From positions 558,001 through 622,000 of the forward strand of contig AP026130.1 in assembly GCA_030295235.1 (NCBI GenBank): a DNA stretch of 64,000 nt, read 5' to 3'. Position numbers and translations under genes: made by a program. Every line of letters begins with the position of its first letter. The stretch's first letter is position 1. A model generated the notes under the pieces. The model was not told the origin of the DNA. It saw only the letters and a program-made list of their open reading frames with translations, and searched no databases. The stretch comes from Fistulifera solaris. Lineage: Eukaryota. Below, in pieces: positions 1 to 12,931 of this stretch.

Positions 1-80
1 TGTTGAGGAGGAGGGATCTCGTCCGTTGTCGCGCCGGAAGTGGACGAAACGAGGAGGCGGGCGCGCGCGTGCGGCAGCCA

Positions 81-88
81 ATTCCCGC
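81..88 (+). promoter_or_regulatory. Candidate E2F-type element (ATTCCCGC) in the GC-rich MSH6 promoter
   Basis: Matches the WTTSSCSS E2F consensus about 210 bp upstream of the MSH6 ATG and is flanked by GCGCGCG tracts. Mismatch-repair genes are typical E2F targets in plants and animals. A short motif, so a chance match is possible. Confidence 0.35.
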
Positions 89-295
89 CAGCGCGCGCGG
101 CTGCGAAGGATGGAGGAAAAACAATTGAAGGAGAAAAAAAAAAAGATCATTGCAGCTCGCATCATTCTATTTTTGACATTGCCTTTCGATCTTTATTGTG
201 AAGCAAATCGTCTTTTATAGTCTTTTTCACTTCACAGAAGGAAAGAAGAGAAGGCCTTGCTTTTGCGTAAACCTTTTTCAAACTGCATTTTGATC

Positions 296-3200
296 ATGTC
301 ATCGAAACCGTTGAAACAAGGAACGCTCTTTTCGTTTTTCAATAAACCCCAACCTCCTGCCGCACCCGCAGTACCCGCAGTACCGAAACCCAAGGAAGCA
401 CCAGTCGCTACAAAAGCGGTGAAAATAGGAGATCGTATTGAAGTATACTGGAAAGACGATCAAGAATATTACGCCGCGACGGTCACACAACAACGTCAGG
501 CTTCCTTCTTTCTCGAGTACGACGATGGTCAAACGGAATGGTTGGATTTAGCACAGGAACAATTTCGCGTTTTTCCTCCTTCAAAACAACGAAGATCGAT
601 TCGAGATGATGACGAAGAAGCGGAATTTGATGGGACTTTGGAAGAAGAATCCGACGATGGATCGGTTTACGAAGACAAAGAGGATCCGAAAGATGATCTA
701 TCCGAAGAAGACAAATGGCTCGTTTCGGATGAAGAAGAAGAAGAGCGGCCCAAAAAGAAACTCAAAGTGACGAAACATAAAGCAACTCCCGAGTTGAAAA
801 CACCTTCGGCACGCAAAACGACGGCTTTGAGTCAATTTGGGCACACACCCAAGAGTGTCATTACACCGTCTTCCCAATTCTCTCCTCCAGTCGTACCTAC
901 ACCTCTGGCAGCAACGACCACTACTACTGCAAACAAAACCGCGGCAACTTCTACGACGAACGAAAACAACAAAGTCACGCCCTTTGTGAAAGACGCGGTC
1001 AACCCCGCGGGGAGTCATGTGCACAATCATTTGCCCTTTTGCAGAATCCGCGTGATTTGCAAAAGCGATCCACGGACGACCCTCAGTACGATCCGCGAAC
1101 TTTGCTCGTGGTCGAGCGGGATTGGGTCAAAGTCATGGGCAAGGAAATGACGGACGCGGTGAAACAATGGTGGGACTTGAAATCGCAATACTTTGATACC
1201 GTTCTGTTGTTCAAAACCGGTAAGTCGTTCGGGGGTCTTGTTTGAAGAAAATGGTCGTCCGTCTCACGCTCCTCGAAAACAGGCAAATTTTATGAAATGT
1301 TTCACATGGGTAAGTGTTAATGGGGAGGTCGCTGACAGGACGTTCCGTGTTGAATACTGATCCTTTCCTTTTCATATATTCTTCTAGACGCGGACGTCGG
1401 TGTCCAGGTGCTCGGATTGCTGTACATGAAAGGTATCGTGGCGCATGCGGGGTTCCCCGAAATTTCCTACGGGACCATGGCGGACAAATTAGTCCGTGCG
1501 GGGTACAAAGTAGCCCGTGTGGAACAAACCGAGACCCCGGAGCAATTGAAAGTTCGCAAGTCGCAACACAAGAAGACCAATGGTCCGTCCCCCAAAGTTG
1601 TCAACCGTGAGGTATGCTCGGTGATGACTTTGGGCACTCGTACGTTTTGCTACCTTGATGACGGAAAGGATGTCCTGGACGAAGGCGGCGCGGTCGGGCC
1701 GTTGCTCGCCATTCGTGAGATTTTGATCGATCATGACGTGGAGGGGGAGACCGATGAGGTCCGACCTGTTTGCGAGTATGGTATTACCGCGATTGATGCT
1801 GTACGTGGTGTGGTAACCATTGGTCAGTTCGCGGATGACGTTCTGCGAAGTCGTATGAATACACTTTTGGCCGCGCTGGCTCCGTCTGAGGTGCTTTTGC
1901 AAGCCGGCGCAGATGGAGCCTCTCCTGTACTGGAGTCACTGATCAAAACGCATCAAAGCATGTGCCCGCATCCATTTCGAGTGGAGAAAATCAGGGCAGA
2001 GGAAAGCTTCCCCAAGTCAACTGCACTCAGCCCGGAAGTGCGCCAAGCCATGGATCGAGGAAGCGGACGATTTGTGGGTGCGGTTCATCCTTGGGACGTA
2101 GAAGAAACAGTTCAGGAATTGCATCGCCGTCGCTACTTCCCCCAGGCATCGAAAGTGTCTGCTGATCGGTTCAGCGTGTCCCGTTGGCCTCATGTCTTAC
2201 GCGCAGCAGTGGAAGGAAAAGCCGATTTGGCCATGAGTAGTTTCGGTGCAGCTCTCTTCTACCTACAACGTAGCTTGATCGATACCGAGATCCTCACCAT
2301 GGGTATTGTGAAGGCCTATGTCCCACCGTCTTCGGCAAATACTGACGCTGAGGTTCGTGAGACGATGCAAGTGCTTGCAACGCAAGAAAGTCACACATCC
2401 ATCGAGGGGGCGATAGCAAATCCTGCTAATATACCCGCACAGGAAGAAGGACGCGAAGTTGCCAATTCTCTTCTGGCTGAAAGCTTGATCGATCACATGC
2501 AGTTAGACGGGACGACGTTGCACAATCTAGAGATTCTTACAAATTCCGTCGACTACAAGGTGGCTGGGAGCGTCTGGTCCAAAATCAACTACACGAAGAC
2601 TCCACATGGGGCGCGCCTTCTCCGAGCTTGGCTTCTAAGGCCTCTATTTCGGAAAGCGGATATCGACAGGCGAGCAGATGCAGTTCAAGAGCTGGTGTCT
2701 GGTGCTGCTGCGGTGGCGCTGACTGAAGCCTCAGCAGTCCTTTCAAAATGCGGTGATATCGAGCGTTTGCTAAGTCGTATTCATAGTATGAGTGGTAGTA
2801 CTGGCCTAGAACAGGATGATGACAACGAAGGTATTCATCCTAGCAATCGAGCCGTTTTGTACGAAGTAGGAACCTACACAAAGCGAAAAGTCGGGGACTT
2901 CTCGAAAATTTTGAATGGTTTGCAGCATGCAGCCCAGATTCCTGAAATTTTTCAAGGAATAAACCTTGAAAGTGGTCTTTTACAAAAGATTGTGCGTTCA
3001 GTCGATCAAGGTGGATGTTTTCCGAATATGTGCGATCAATTGGATTGGTTCATTTCGAACTTTGATTGCGACAAAGCAGCCAAGGGTCTTTTCGAGCCTA
3101 ATAGAGGTATTGATGCAGCGTACGATGAAGCTTGTGAGACTATTGATCGCATACAAGCTGATTTAACGGAATACAAGAAAGTTATGTGCGACACTGTTTT

Positions 3201-4615
3201 AAAGCCACGATCGTTGGCGACTTCATCGTGGAAGTATGTGAATGTCAACCCGGAATCAAAAGACAAATACTTAATCGAACTTCCTGCGTCGATTGCTGTC
3301 CCGGACGACTTTATTATGAAGGGGAAGAGAGGAAGTGGTCCAAAACAAGTCAATAAATACCAAACCGCAGCCGTCCAAGAGTTAGTAGATGAACTAGAGC
3401 ACGCTTATGAAATTCAGAAGGAACGGAAGTCGAAAGGTCTACAGCTCATATTCGGGAAATTCGATGCGTCGAGGAATGTTTGGGCGGCGGCTGCTCAAGC
3501 AACGGCTCTGCTCGACGCCCTTGGATCCCTAGCCCGTGTTGCTTCAAAGGCTGGATACATTAGACCAACTATTCTAGAGTGTTTTCCAGACGACTCGCCG
3601 AGAATAAATATTGTACAAGGCCGACATCCTTGTGTTGAGAATAACACGGGGTCTACTGGTTTCATTCCCAACGATCTATCGTTGGGTCTTGAAAACAGAA
3701 GATGGCGTAAGCCCTCGTGTTCTTCTCCTCTCCGGTCCGAACATGGGTGGGAAGTCTGTAAGTCATGTCTAATTGATCGAAGAGCTTTATTTCTTATTAC
3801 TCGATGGCAGGCGCTCTAACCAGTACCATCCTTTTTACGCAGACTTTGCTCCGCCAGACATGTTTGATCACAATTTTAGCTCAGATTGGAAGTTTTGTCC
3901 CCGCCGAGAAATGTGAGATCACTCCAGTCGATCGCATATTCACACGGCTTGGTGCTTCGGACCGATTGCTTTTGGGTCAATCGACTTTCTTTGTTGAGGT
4001 AAGCGTTTTTGTTATACAATCACTCATATCTATTTAAGAGCAACAAACTGATTACCATGGATTTCTTAGCTCGCGGAAACTGCAGCAGCGCTTCGGGGTG
4101 CAACTCGTAGGAGCTTGGTCATCATGGACGAACTAGGGCGTGGTACGAGTACTTTTGACGGTACGGCGATCGCCAGTTCCACCGTTAAACATTTTGTTGA
4201 AAGAAGTAAATGCCTTCTGCTTTTCGCGACGCACTATCATTCCTTGTTGGAGGATTGGAAAAACAAACCAAGTGTTATTCTTGGGCATATGGAATGCATC
4301 GTCGGCAATGGTTCCTCTGAAAATGAGAACAGCGGAAACGACAATTCCATCACTTTTTTATACACTCTCGGGTCGGGTGTCTGTCCCAAAAGCTTTGGCA
4401 TCAATGTTGCCAGACTCGCCGGGATACCGGAAGATGTTCTAATGAAAGCAAAGCGTATCAGCTTGGATTTTGAAAAGGAGTTGCAAGGAAACGACGACAA
4501 TCTTCGCGTTGTCACGGCCAAAAATGCACCTACTTTGCAAGCGAAGGTAAAGGATTCTATTGGGAGAAAAGATTGGGAAGCACTATCTACAATCTGGAAA
4601 CAATTACAGCATTAA
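296..4615 (+). CDS. MSH6: DNA mismatch repair protein MSH6 (PIP box, Tudor-like domain, MutS domains I-V)
   Basis: Motifs: PIP box [24 protein letters not shown]udor-like domain; [34 protein letters not shown], Walker [46 protein letters not shown]. Introns 1220-1282, 1310-1387, 3758-3842, 3999-4069. 1-nt frameshifts near 1037-1040 and about 3690. Confidence 0.95.
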
Positions 4616-4676
4616 CGCTACAAAATGTGAATTAAAGTTCATATTGCCTAACAATCAAATCGAATCTTCGTGAATA

Positions 4677-7600
4677 TTAATGCAGCGCGTTACGAGTGTC
4701 TTCCAACTTTTTCATAATATCCCCAGGACTTCGTTCCAGCTCTGCCGCAATTTTAGCTTGCTTATCATGAGGCAAAGAATTGAAAGCTTCACACAATTCA
4801 CCGTCAATGACGTGCAATGCTGGGGCATAGTAAGACCTATACGACTGAGGATCGCGGCCTGTAGGGCGAAGAACTTCAGTTCGCAAAGCCGTCTCAAGTT
4901 GCGTGAAGAATTCGACATCAGCACGGGAAGAGAACGGAACCAAAGCACCGATACGACCGCATGCAGTGACGTAAATGATTGACTCCGCGCCACCTGCGAC
5001 CAGCGAGGAACGAGTCATTGCCGTCACAACCTCCCCAACATAGTACTGGCAAAGAAGTTCCAGTTTAGGGGTTGAATCAGTTCTAGACGAATCCCACAAA
5101 GCTCGCTGCCCGGACATATCGATTGCACCCGCCTCTGCACCTCTCGGCATCCGGAGAATCGATATGTTGCCGAATTTATCGCTTACTGCAACTGTATTGA
5201 AGTCAAGCAGCTCTTGGGAAACGATTGGACGGGGACTTGGATCTATTGCTAAAGTAACAAAGCGATTCGCCATTGCATCGTAACGAAAAACTTGTATAGA
5301 CTGCATCATATCACCGACAAAGGCACGGTCGCCAACAGTTTGAATGGTCTTCACGAAAGTAGGGAGCCCGCGCTGCTCACACTTTCGCAGCAGCTGCCTC
5401 TTGCCCATTTCAAAAAGGCGGAGTGATTTACCAATCCCTGCAAGCAATCGACCTTGGAAATGAGCCAACGCAAGCACCGGTCCATCCTCTACAGCAGTCC
5501 TGTGCAGCAACTGCAAGCGCCCGCCATCAACTATTCGATATAGAACAATGTGGCTTGCAACCTGCTTAAGAGGATTCATAGTCATTCCAGTAACTGTGCC
5601 TACTGCAAGGAGGGGTTCGCCGCCTTTCGAATGAAAGCGAACAGAAGCGCAACAAAGTGCAGCTTCATTTCGTCCCATTTCGATACAATCTAGAGTCGAG
5701 CAGTTGGCCGATGGGTCTAAGAGTCGGACACAAGACCCCCATGTTCCCGGCTTCGAGGGCAAAGGGCCACGGACAGGCGTTTTTCGTGCATCCTTTTCCT
5801 CTTCATCTTCATCGCCATCACCTTCAGGTAAATCCTTCTTTTCTCCTTCATCATCACTATCTTCGTCCATGTCCATTGCGTCAGCATCGTCACCCTTAGA
5901 TGACACTTTTGCAGTCGGATCAAAGCCCATGGCCTTCTTCTCTTCCAAACCATACTCGTTGCAATCACTTTCCACGACAACAAGAACAACCTTTCTTTGA
6001 TCAGTTGTATTACTGACGGACACCAGGGTCATTTGGCGTGGTGTGTATCGTAGGTCGGCTTTATTGGTATTAAAAGCTTCATCATCGCCCCCGCCCATGC
6101 CATCCGTGTCTACTGATAAAATTCGCAACGTTTTCCCTGCAGTTGCAACTATGCCTTCGGGAATGGCATCAGAGCGAAAAAGAGCATCCGTGGTCTAAAG
6201 GAACATACGATAAAGGTGCCATTAGATGCTTTCCCGTCGATTCATCACGTCTACTGATCCAAGGTCTAGATGACAAAAGGAGCGTGGACTTTTGACCATT
6301 GAGTTCAATACGCGAGACAGAAACAGGAATTGCTCCAAGAAAGCGGCGCGAAGGGCTTGCTTCAACGGACCCAGTGACTGGATCTAGGAAGACTCGAAGT
6401 GAGCTTCCGTCGTCTAAACCAATATTCAATGTCAAGTCATCCAGTCCGTTTGGTTTGCCTTCCATATCTACCCCTTTGACGCTTTGAATAACGACGGAAT
6501 GCGGCCTAGATTTCAAAGCCAAGCTGCTTTTTGAGTCAGCAATTGCCCCGGTTCCAAGCTTACAATACGAACTGTTTGATCACGACACCCAATTGCCGCG
6601 AACAAACTTCGACTCTTTCCAGTATCAATGGTTCCGATATCCAGACAGCAAACATCAGCTCCCATATCCTTCGTGGAGCTTTCCGTGAGGTTACCGCTAA
6701 TGGCGTCGAGTTCAAAGTAGATGATTTCTCCACCGGCCAACGCAATGAGAACCTGGCTGGTATTAGCACTGGCGAACTCAATTCGCTTCAATCCAGGGCA
6801 ATGCCATTGCCGTGCTTGGCCTTTCTGAATGTGGCGAACTCCGGCTGGATGAACTTGACAGACAGATCCATCTTGACCTAGTGCAGAGCAGGCTAGCGTC
6901 GGGGCGGTAATCAAAAAGCCAGACTCCTTACCCACCTCTTCGACCGATTCACCCACGCTCAAAACAAGAGTGGCGTCAGCGAAGCTGACTACAATGTACT
7001 GATCTTTTTCCCCGGAAGCGTCCGCTACTGTAAAAATTCCACCTGGTACTCCGGGGAGGTCACTCACCGCCAATTCGGTAACAGCAGCACCATGTCGCAT
7101 GGTTCGGATGGTGCTATGAGGACCACGGCCTGTTAGGGTATAAATCTGGGGACTAACTTCGTTCCCGGCCAACTCCCCCACCAAGATTTGGTTCGTGGGC
7201 GCTGCATTATCTAATGACCAAATCTTACGCAGATTCTGCAGTCGACTGACGGGAGCGAATGTCTTGGCCAGCGACACAGCCTTGGCAGTAGTCAATTCCG
7301 TTTCCTCCACAGATGTATTCGACGGCGCATCGGGCACATCAATTCGCTCGAATTGGTACAGCGCATGGTCCCCGAATTCCGCCGCAACGAACAGTAACCC
7401 TAATTTACTAACATTCAATGTATTGGCTGTGGGTAATGTATCGAGAAACGAAACTTCCAAGCCGGACACGGCGGACTTGTCCTCGTTGAGCACAATCGAA
7501 ACCTTATACACATCCCCCAGTTCCGACTGTGCCAAGGCGAAGAATTTGGCCTTTTTCTGACGATGTACCGTCACTGTCGTGATCAAAATACCCTTGGAAG

Positions 7601-8447
7601 TATGCATTTCCCGGCGCGGAATGGGACACACGATGCGATTCTTTTCGTGCACATAGTACAACCAATCCTCCGCCCCCATCAAGACACCACCGGGTCCGTC
7701 GGCTCCGCCCGGCAACGCCGCCAAACAACAGGCGGTTTGAGGGACGGGAGTCGCCCATCGCCGACTGACGTGATTCAATCCCAAATCGAGTTCATAATAC
7801 GCCAATTGCAGTTCCGGTTCGATGTTGGTTTCCGTTTCTTCCGGATATTGCAATTCGAGCGTCGCAAACAGGGGATTGTCGTAACCATTGTCGAGTCCGA
7901 CGGTGGCCAAAATCAAGTTGCGCGTCCGATGCGCTTCGAGGGGACTCGACAACGTCGTTTTCCCGTCCGCCGTGCGATTCAACACGTACACCAATTGGCG
8001 TTTCTCGACGGCCGAAACCATGACGGCGCGTCCTTTCGGATCAGCCGCCAAATACTGACCGGGCGTCGCTCGACGACAACCCGTTTTCCCAAAAGTAACA
8101 TTGTGCAGTACGGCAAAGGGTTGGAATTGTAGAACGGACAAGGCACCGCTGTCGGATGTCACCACCAAGACATCGTGAGAGGTTCCCGGAAACCGGACGG
8201 CGACGCCGTGACGCAAAATCGAACGCGTTTCGACCCTTGTCACTAAATGCAATTTTTCGTCCGACAACTTGTACAATTCAATGACACCACTGGTTTTGAG
8301 GAGCGCCAATTCGTGGGGTCCGGTGAATTCCCCCAAAACGGATTGCACAATGGCAGTCGATGGTTGTAAACGAAGATCGAGCAGTTTCATGGCCACCGCA
8401 TGAACCGGTTGGGCCTCGATTTCGTCTGTCATGGCATTTGGGGGCAT
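4677..8447 (-). CDS. SF3B3: Splicing factor 3B subunit 3 (SAP130/Rse1)
   Basis: Motifs: TFGKTGCRRATPGQYLAADPKGRAVM, LSSPLEAHR, YYELDLGLNHV, GKRQLLRKCE, GRD-x3-YRSYYAP, VIDGELCE. Three ORF pieces (644, 117 and 483 aa) join across frameshifts at about 6530 and 6178 to give about 1250 aa. Confidence 0.95.
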
Positions 8448-8765
8448 GCTAATTGTTTAATAGTGTTGTAAAGATAAATAATGATCGACAATACTACAAT
8501 CAAACGGAGGTATGCGAAGATACAGCATGCATCTCGCGATCTCGTCGTCCGCCGCCTGAAACATGCGTGAAAAGTGAAAAAACGCCACACTGCAACGGAA
8601 GGCGGACGAACAACGCTCCGAACGGTAGAGGTTTCTACCGATACGACATTGTTCATTCACGACGATGGTCTCATTCACGACCAGGATACAGCTCGTCCCT
8701 ATCTACAGAACTACCTGGTATGATTATCATATGATATGATAAAAAAATACAATGACTATTATTTC

Positions 8766-10054
8766 TTATTCCACCATGACCTGAAATAATGCCGGTTGAG
8801 GCCATTCTTTTCCCGAAATCAAGTCCACAACCACACAGCCATCGACGGTCAGCAGTCCGGTATCCCTCGCCAACAAACGACCTGTGACTACGGTCGAACC
8901 ACCCCGGGGAGCGAGTTCTCCGAGCGATTGGAAATGACGTCCACACGCCAACGAACTGCGCAATTGCCACTGGACCGACAAGGATTGTTCGGCGTGATTG
9001 ACGACGAGGAATTGGACTTTTGCGGGACATTGAGGACGAGTTTGGGGGGAGGATCGATGGGTTCGACCGTCACCGGGAATCGATCCAAAAGTTCTTGACG
9101 GTCGGGTCGGGTGGATACCGTCGCGGCGGCCGCTGCCAAGTCCACGGAAAGTCCGGACCGATTCATGATCGATGTATCGACGGGAGGACAAATCGCTGGG
9201 GAGGACGAACATTCGCCGGTTTCTCCCATGGCTTTTCTCCACCGAAACACCGCCTTGCCTAGGACATCGTCTGCCGATATGCCCCGAAGAATGGCTTCGG
9301 GCGTGACCGCTTCGACACGAAATAAATACCGAAGGCACGAACCTTTATTGAGAATTGTACACTGATCAAACAAGGAAAGTGCTGTTACGCTCTCATTAAT
9401 GGAGGAGGGGTGTATCCGCACGGCCTCCAAACCATCCGAGGGCACAAAGGATGCATCACTAATGACCAGAGGTGTTTCGCTCGCCGGCTTGTTTTCCGAC
9501 GACGACGACGACAAATTGTACTCGACATCGATCGTCACAAAACAGCAACTATCGCCGCAACGAAAGATGGATTGTCGTATTTCGAGAGGAGCCGTTACCT
9601 GGAATCGGTAAAATTTCCGGAACGTTTTGGATCCGCCATCGGCAGTCATGTAGGCTACTTCGACTCGCAGAATATGCTGACCGGGTTCCTCGATCAAATG
9701 TGACACAATGGCATCTTTTCCCGAAAGCGGCTCAATGTCTATGCCTCCCGTAACATTATCTAATCGCGAAGGCAGCTGCCATCGTTGACTGGGCGTTTGC
9801 AATTGTGCTGAAACCCGCAAGCGACGAATCGGCCAATTCGACGACGTATTGAGAATGCCCAAATACGCCGTAAAGCACTCTCCGACATAGACGGCCAGAG
9901 AATCTGGCAAGCAGAGTGATCGTTCGAGTAATGAATATCCTTCTAACGTCCCGGCGACGGACTGATGTAATTCCGGCGACTGCAGCCTCATCACACGAAG
10001 GGTCGGTACAGCGGTCTCTTGATCGAGAGTAGACGAAGAATGAACCTCGGTCAT
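8766..10054 (-). CDS. TRAPPC13: Trafficking protein particle complex subunit 13-like
   Basis: Motifs: LRVMRLQSP, LPDSLAVYVGECFTAY, EEPGQHILRVEVAY, FRKFYRFQV, WRKAMGETG. The C-terminus continues in ORF 8766-9338 after a frameshift at about 9018-9021. Confidence 0.85.
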
Positions 10055-10802
10055 TATATTCTATTTTGATTGAATAATGCGACACCGTAGACTCTGTATC
10101 CGCTAAATCTAATCTGAATTACTGAGAAAAGAAATACAAAATGAGGGAATAAACTGTAAACTAGATATTGCACATCATCCAACTTGGTCACTCTTCTTTT
10201 TGCAAAGCAACATCGTCGTGTTCGATGTTCGATCCTCCGCCTCGCAAATACCGTTGCGTCTGCATTGACGTTTTCGTCAGTTGTTTAGTCTCCGTTGGAA
10301 GACAAATCCGCGACCCGTTGTCCGTTATCGGTCGGGTGCCAAACGGCCCGATCGGCTATGACGCACTGGCACAAAATGTACTTTAGGAGCTACGGTTAAC
10401 GACAAACGGCATGCTAACGTTTTGCGACAGTGCGCAGCGATTTCGAGGCGTTACATCACCGTTACTCGTTATCCGCCAATACTTCTCATCCGACAGTCCA
10501 AGGAGCGGATGGCTTTCCCAGGATCAGTCTTGCTCGCGCGCTGCCATTCTGAAAGCTTATAGAAGTAATTCGTCTACCAATGCTATTTAGAGGGAGCATG
10601 CGGCCAGCTCTTTAAGTATTCTTATGGCGGCGAGGGGGGCCGCAAAATTACTTAGACGGCCTTTCCGTAGGCAGGTAGCCGTTGACGGAAAATCACAACT
10701 TTGCTCTCTCGTGGGCGAGACAGAAAGGAGCGAGCAGCTTGGCAACCATTTGTTATCTTTGGATTTCGTCACAAGATTATTTTATTTTATCCTTCGAGTG
10801 AG

Positions 10803-11050
10803 GTAAGAACAGCATCAAGGCGTTTGAAGCCAAGCAAAAGATTGCAATGAAGTCAATTTATTCGATCGTTTGGTTGCGGAGATCTTTGCTTTATTTTTCG
10901 TGGCGATGGTTCGACTTTCTGCGATACACCGCTTGTCTTTGTCTGGATGAAGAGATACGATATTGCAAACCTCGAAATCAAGTTTTGGCTTCTTCTTCAC
11001 GTCTGCACTAATTCTAAACCTTTTTCTTTTCTTTGATATTCATTTCGCAG
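10803..11050 (+). other. Probable 5'-UTR intron of the Lsi2-like gene (248 nt)
   Basis: AG|GTAAGA donor at 10803, a CTAAT branch-like site, a long pyrimidine tract and a TTCGCAG acceptor ending at 11050, 13 nt before the ATG at 11064. Confidence 0.55.
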
Positions 11051-11063
11051 GTCAAATTAGCAA

Positions 11064-12931
11064 ATGATCTCTGATATTGCCAAGCCCTCCCGGGCGAAAA
11101 AGGTCTCGTCCCTACGAAAATGGGGACCGGCGATGCTCGCCATCGGTCTGGTGATTGCCCTTAACACGGTTTTGTTTAGCGGCGGAACGCCGAGCTTTCG
11201 GAACGTGCGCAACGCAAACTGGCTCTCTCCCAAGAACGAACGGCCGCGGTCGAGAGTATGGAAGCGACATCGTTCGATGTCCGCAGTGGATTTGGATCTC
11301 GAAATTTGAGTGAGGAGGAAGGAGGTGTTATGGAGTACACGCGTCGTCGTCATCGTTATCTTGGTGATTACGTCCACATTGACAAATCTGCTGAATTTTC
11401 GAGCTTTGGAAAATGGTCGACGTCTCTGATCTACTTTGCGTTTTGGGTCTTTCTCATGTTCCCCAACTGGTTCCTTCCCATCGGGCGACCTGGTATCGCC
11501 TTGGGTGGAGGTCTCATGATGGTTGTTTGGCGATACATCCTTCTCCGGATTGGACATGGACCGGCTTTCGATGCAGAACGTGTCATCATTATGGAGCCTC
11601 TCTTTCTTCTTTTCGGACTTATGCTTACCACTATCTACATTGAAAAGATGGAGCGTGGAGGACTTTTCGATAAGTTGCGTGACTCGCTGGACGATCCTGT
11701 AAACTGGAAGCGTTCGGCAAAGATCATGGCTATGTCAACGATTGGTTCGGCCGCCGTCATGAACGACTCCGTTGTCCTTATCTTCTCGGGGGTTGTCGTA
11801 GATTTGTGCGTTCGCCACAAGGTCGCCAACTCGCTTCCGTACCTCTTGTCCTTGGCAACGACCGCCAACATTGGCTCTGCTTTGACTCTCACTGGTAATC
11901 CGCAGAACATTCTAATCGTTTCCCTTGCCTACGATGACATTGGATGGATCGAGTTTGCCAGCAACATGGCTATCCCTGTGCTGGCTGCTTCGCTCATCAA
12001 CGCCTTTATGATGTTCGTGTACTACGGTTCCGAGTTGTTCCCCGGTTCATCTGGTTTCTTCGAGAACTTTGGCATTATGTTTTTCGGAAACCGCACTCCC
12101 GAAATGCTTGCCCAGGAGCACGCCTTTTACGCTCGTCAGGCCGCGGCACAAGAAGAGAAAGTTGGAGAGTCGAACAGCTGGACGGTTTGGTCTCGCATTC
12201 AGCTCATAATCGTCATCGTCTTCTTATTCTTCTTTGCTGCTGGATACGATGTCTGCGTTGTTTCAATTACTGCCGGAGCCGTTCTAATGGTCATTTCGGC
12301 ATACAAGAGACAGCACTACGATCCCAGACCCATCAATGCTCAATACGATGAAGATGGAAACCCGCTTCCTCCTAAGAAGACCTACGATATGGATGGAAAT
12401 GAAATTGAGCCCGAAGAAGAGGAGCTCGTCACCGAGTCCGAAACAACCCTTACTGAAGTCGATTACGGTCTCCTTATGCTTTTCATTGGACAATTCCTTC
12501 TTATCGGCTCGTTCGATGATACTGGTGTTCCCCAGGCATTCTTCAACTTCACCATGGGAGGATGTGCTGCCCAAATGGCGGAAGGCCTATGTGTATACTG
12601 GTTTGTCATGATTGTCACAGTCCTGTCCAATATCGCCTCCAACGTCCCCGTCTGCCAGATGCTTGCCGCTACCTTCCCATACGCGACTCCTTATGAATGG
12701 ATGCAAGTTTCATTCTCCGCCACCATTGCTGGTAACTTGACCATGCTTGGATCCGCCGCCAATATGATTGTTGCATTCCAAGCCGCCAAGGTTGGCGATC
12801 GCACGTTCACTTCCGAACGTCATGCTCCATTCGGTATCCCCAGTACGCTCCTTTGCCTGTACGCCGGAACCTTTTTGTTGGCCACCTTCCACACGGCCAA
12901 GGAGTGCTCCGAACGACTGAATCAATGCTAA
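11064..12931 (+). CDS. Lsi2-like (ArsB/CitMHS/NhaD ion-transporter superfamily) metalloid/silicon efflux transporter homolog
   Basis: LPIGRPGIALGGGLMMV, LFLLFGLM, NDSVVLIF, LLSLATTANIGSALTLTGNPQNILI, SNIASNVP and ATIAGNLTMLGSAANMIV match plant Lsi2 signatures. About 11 TM helices. The N-terminus is joined through a frameshift at about 11185. Confidence 0.85.
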
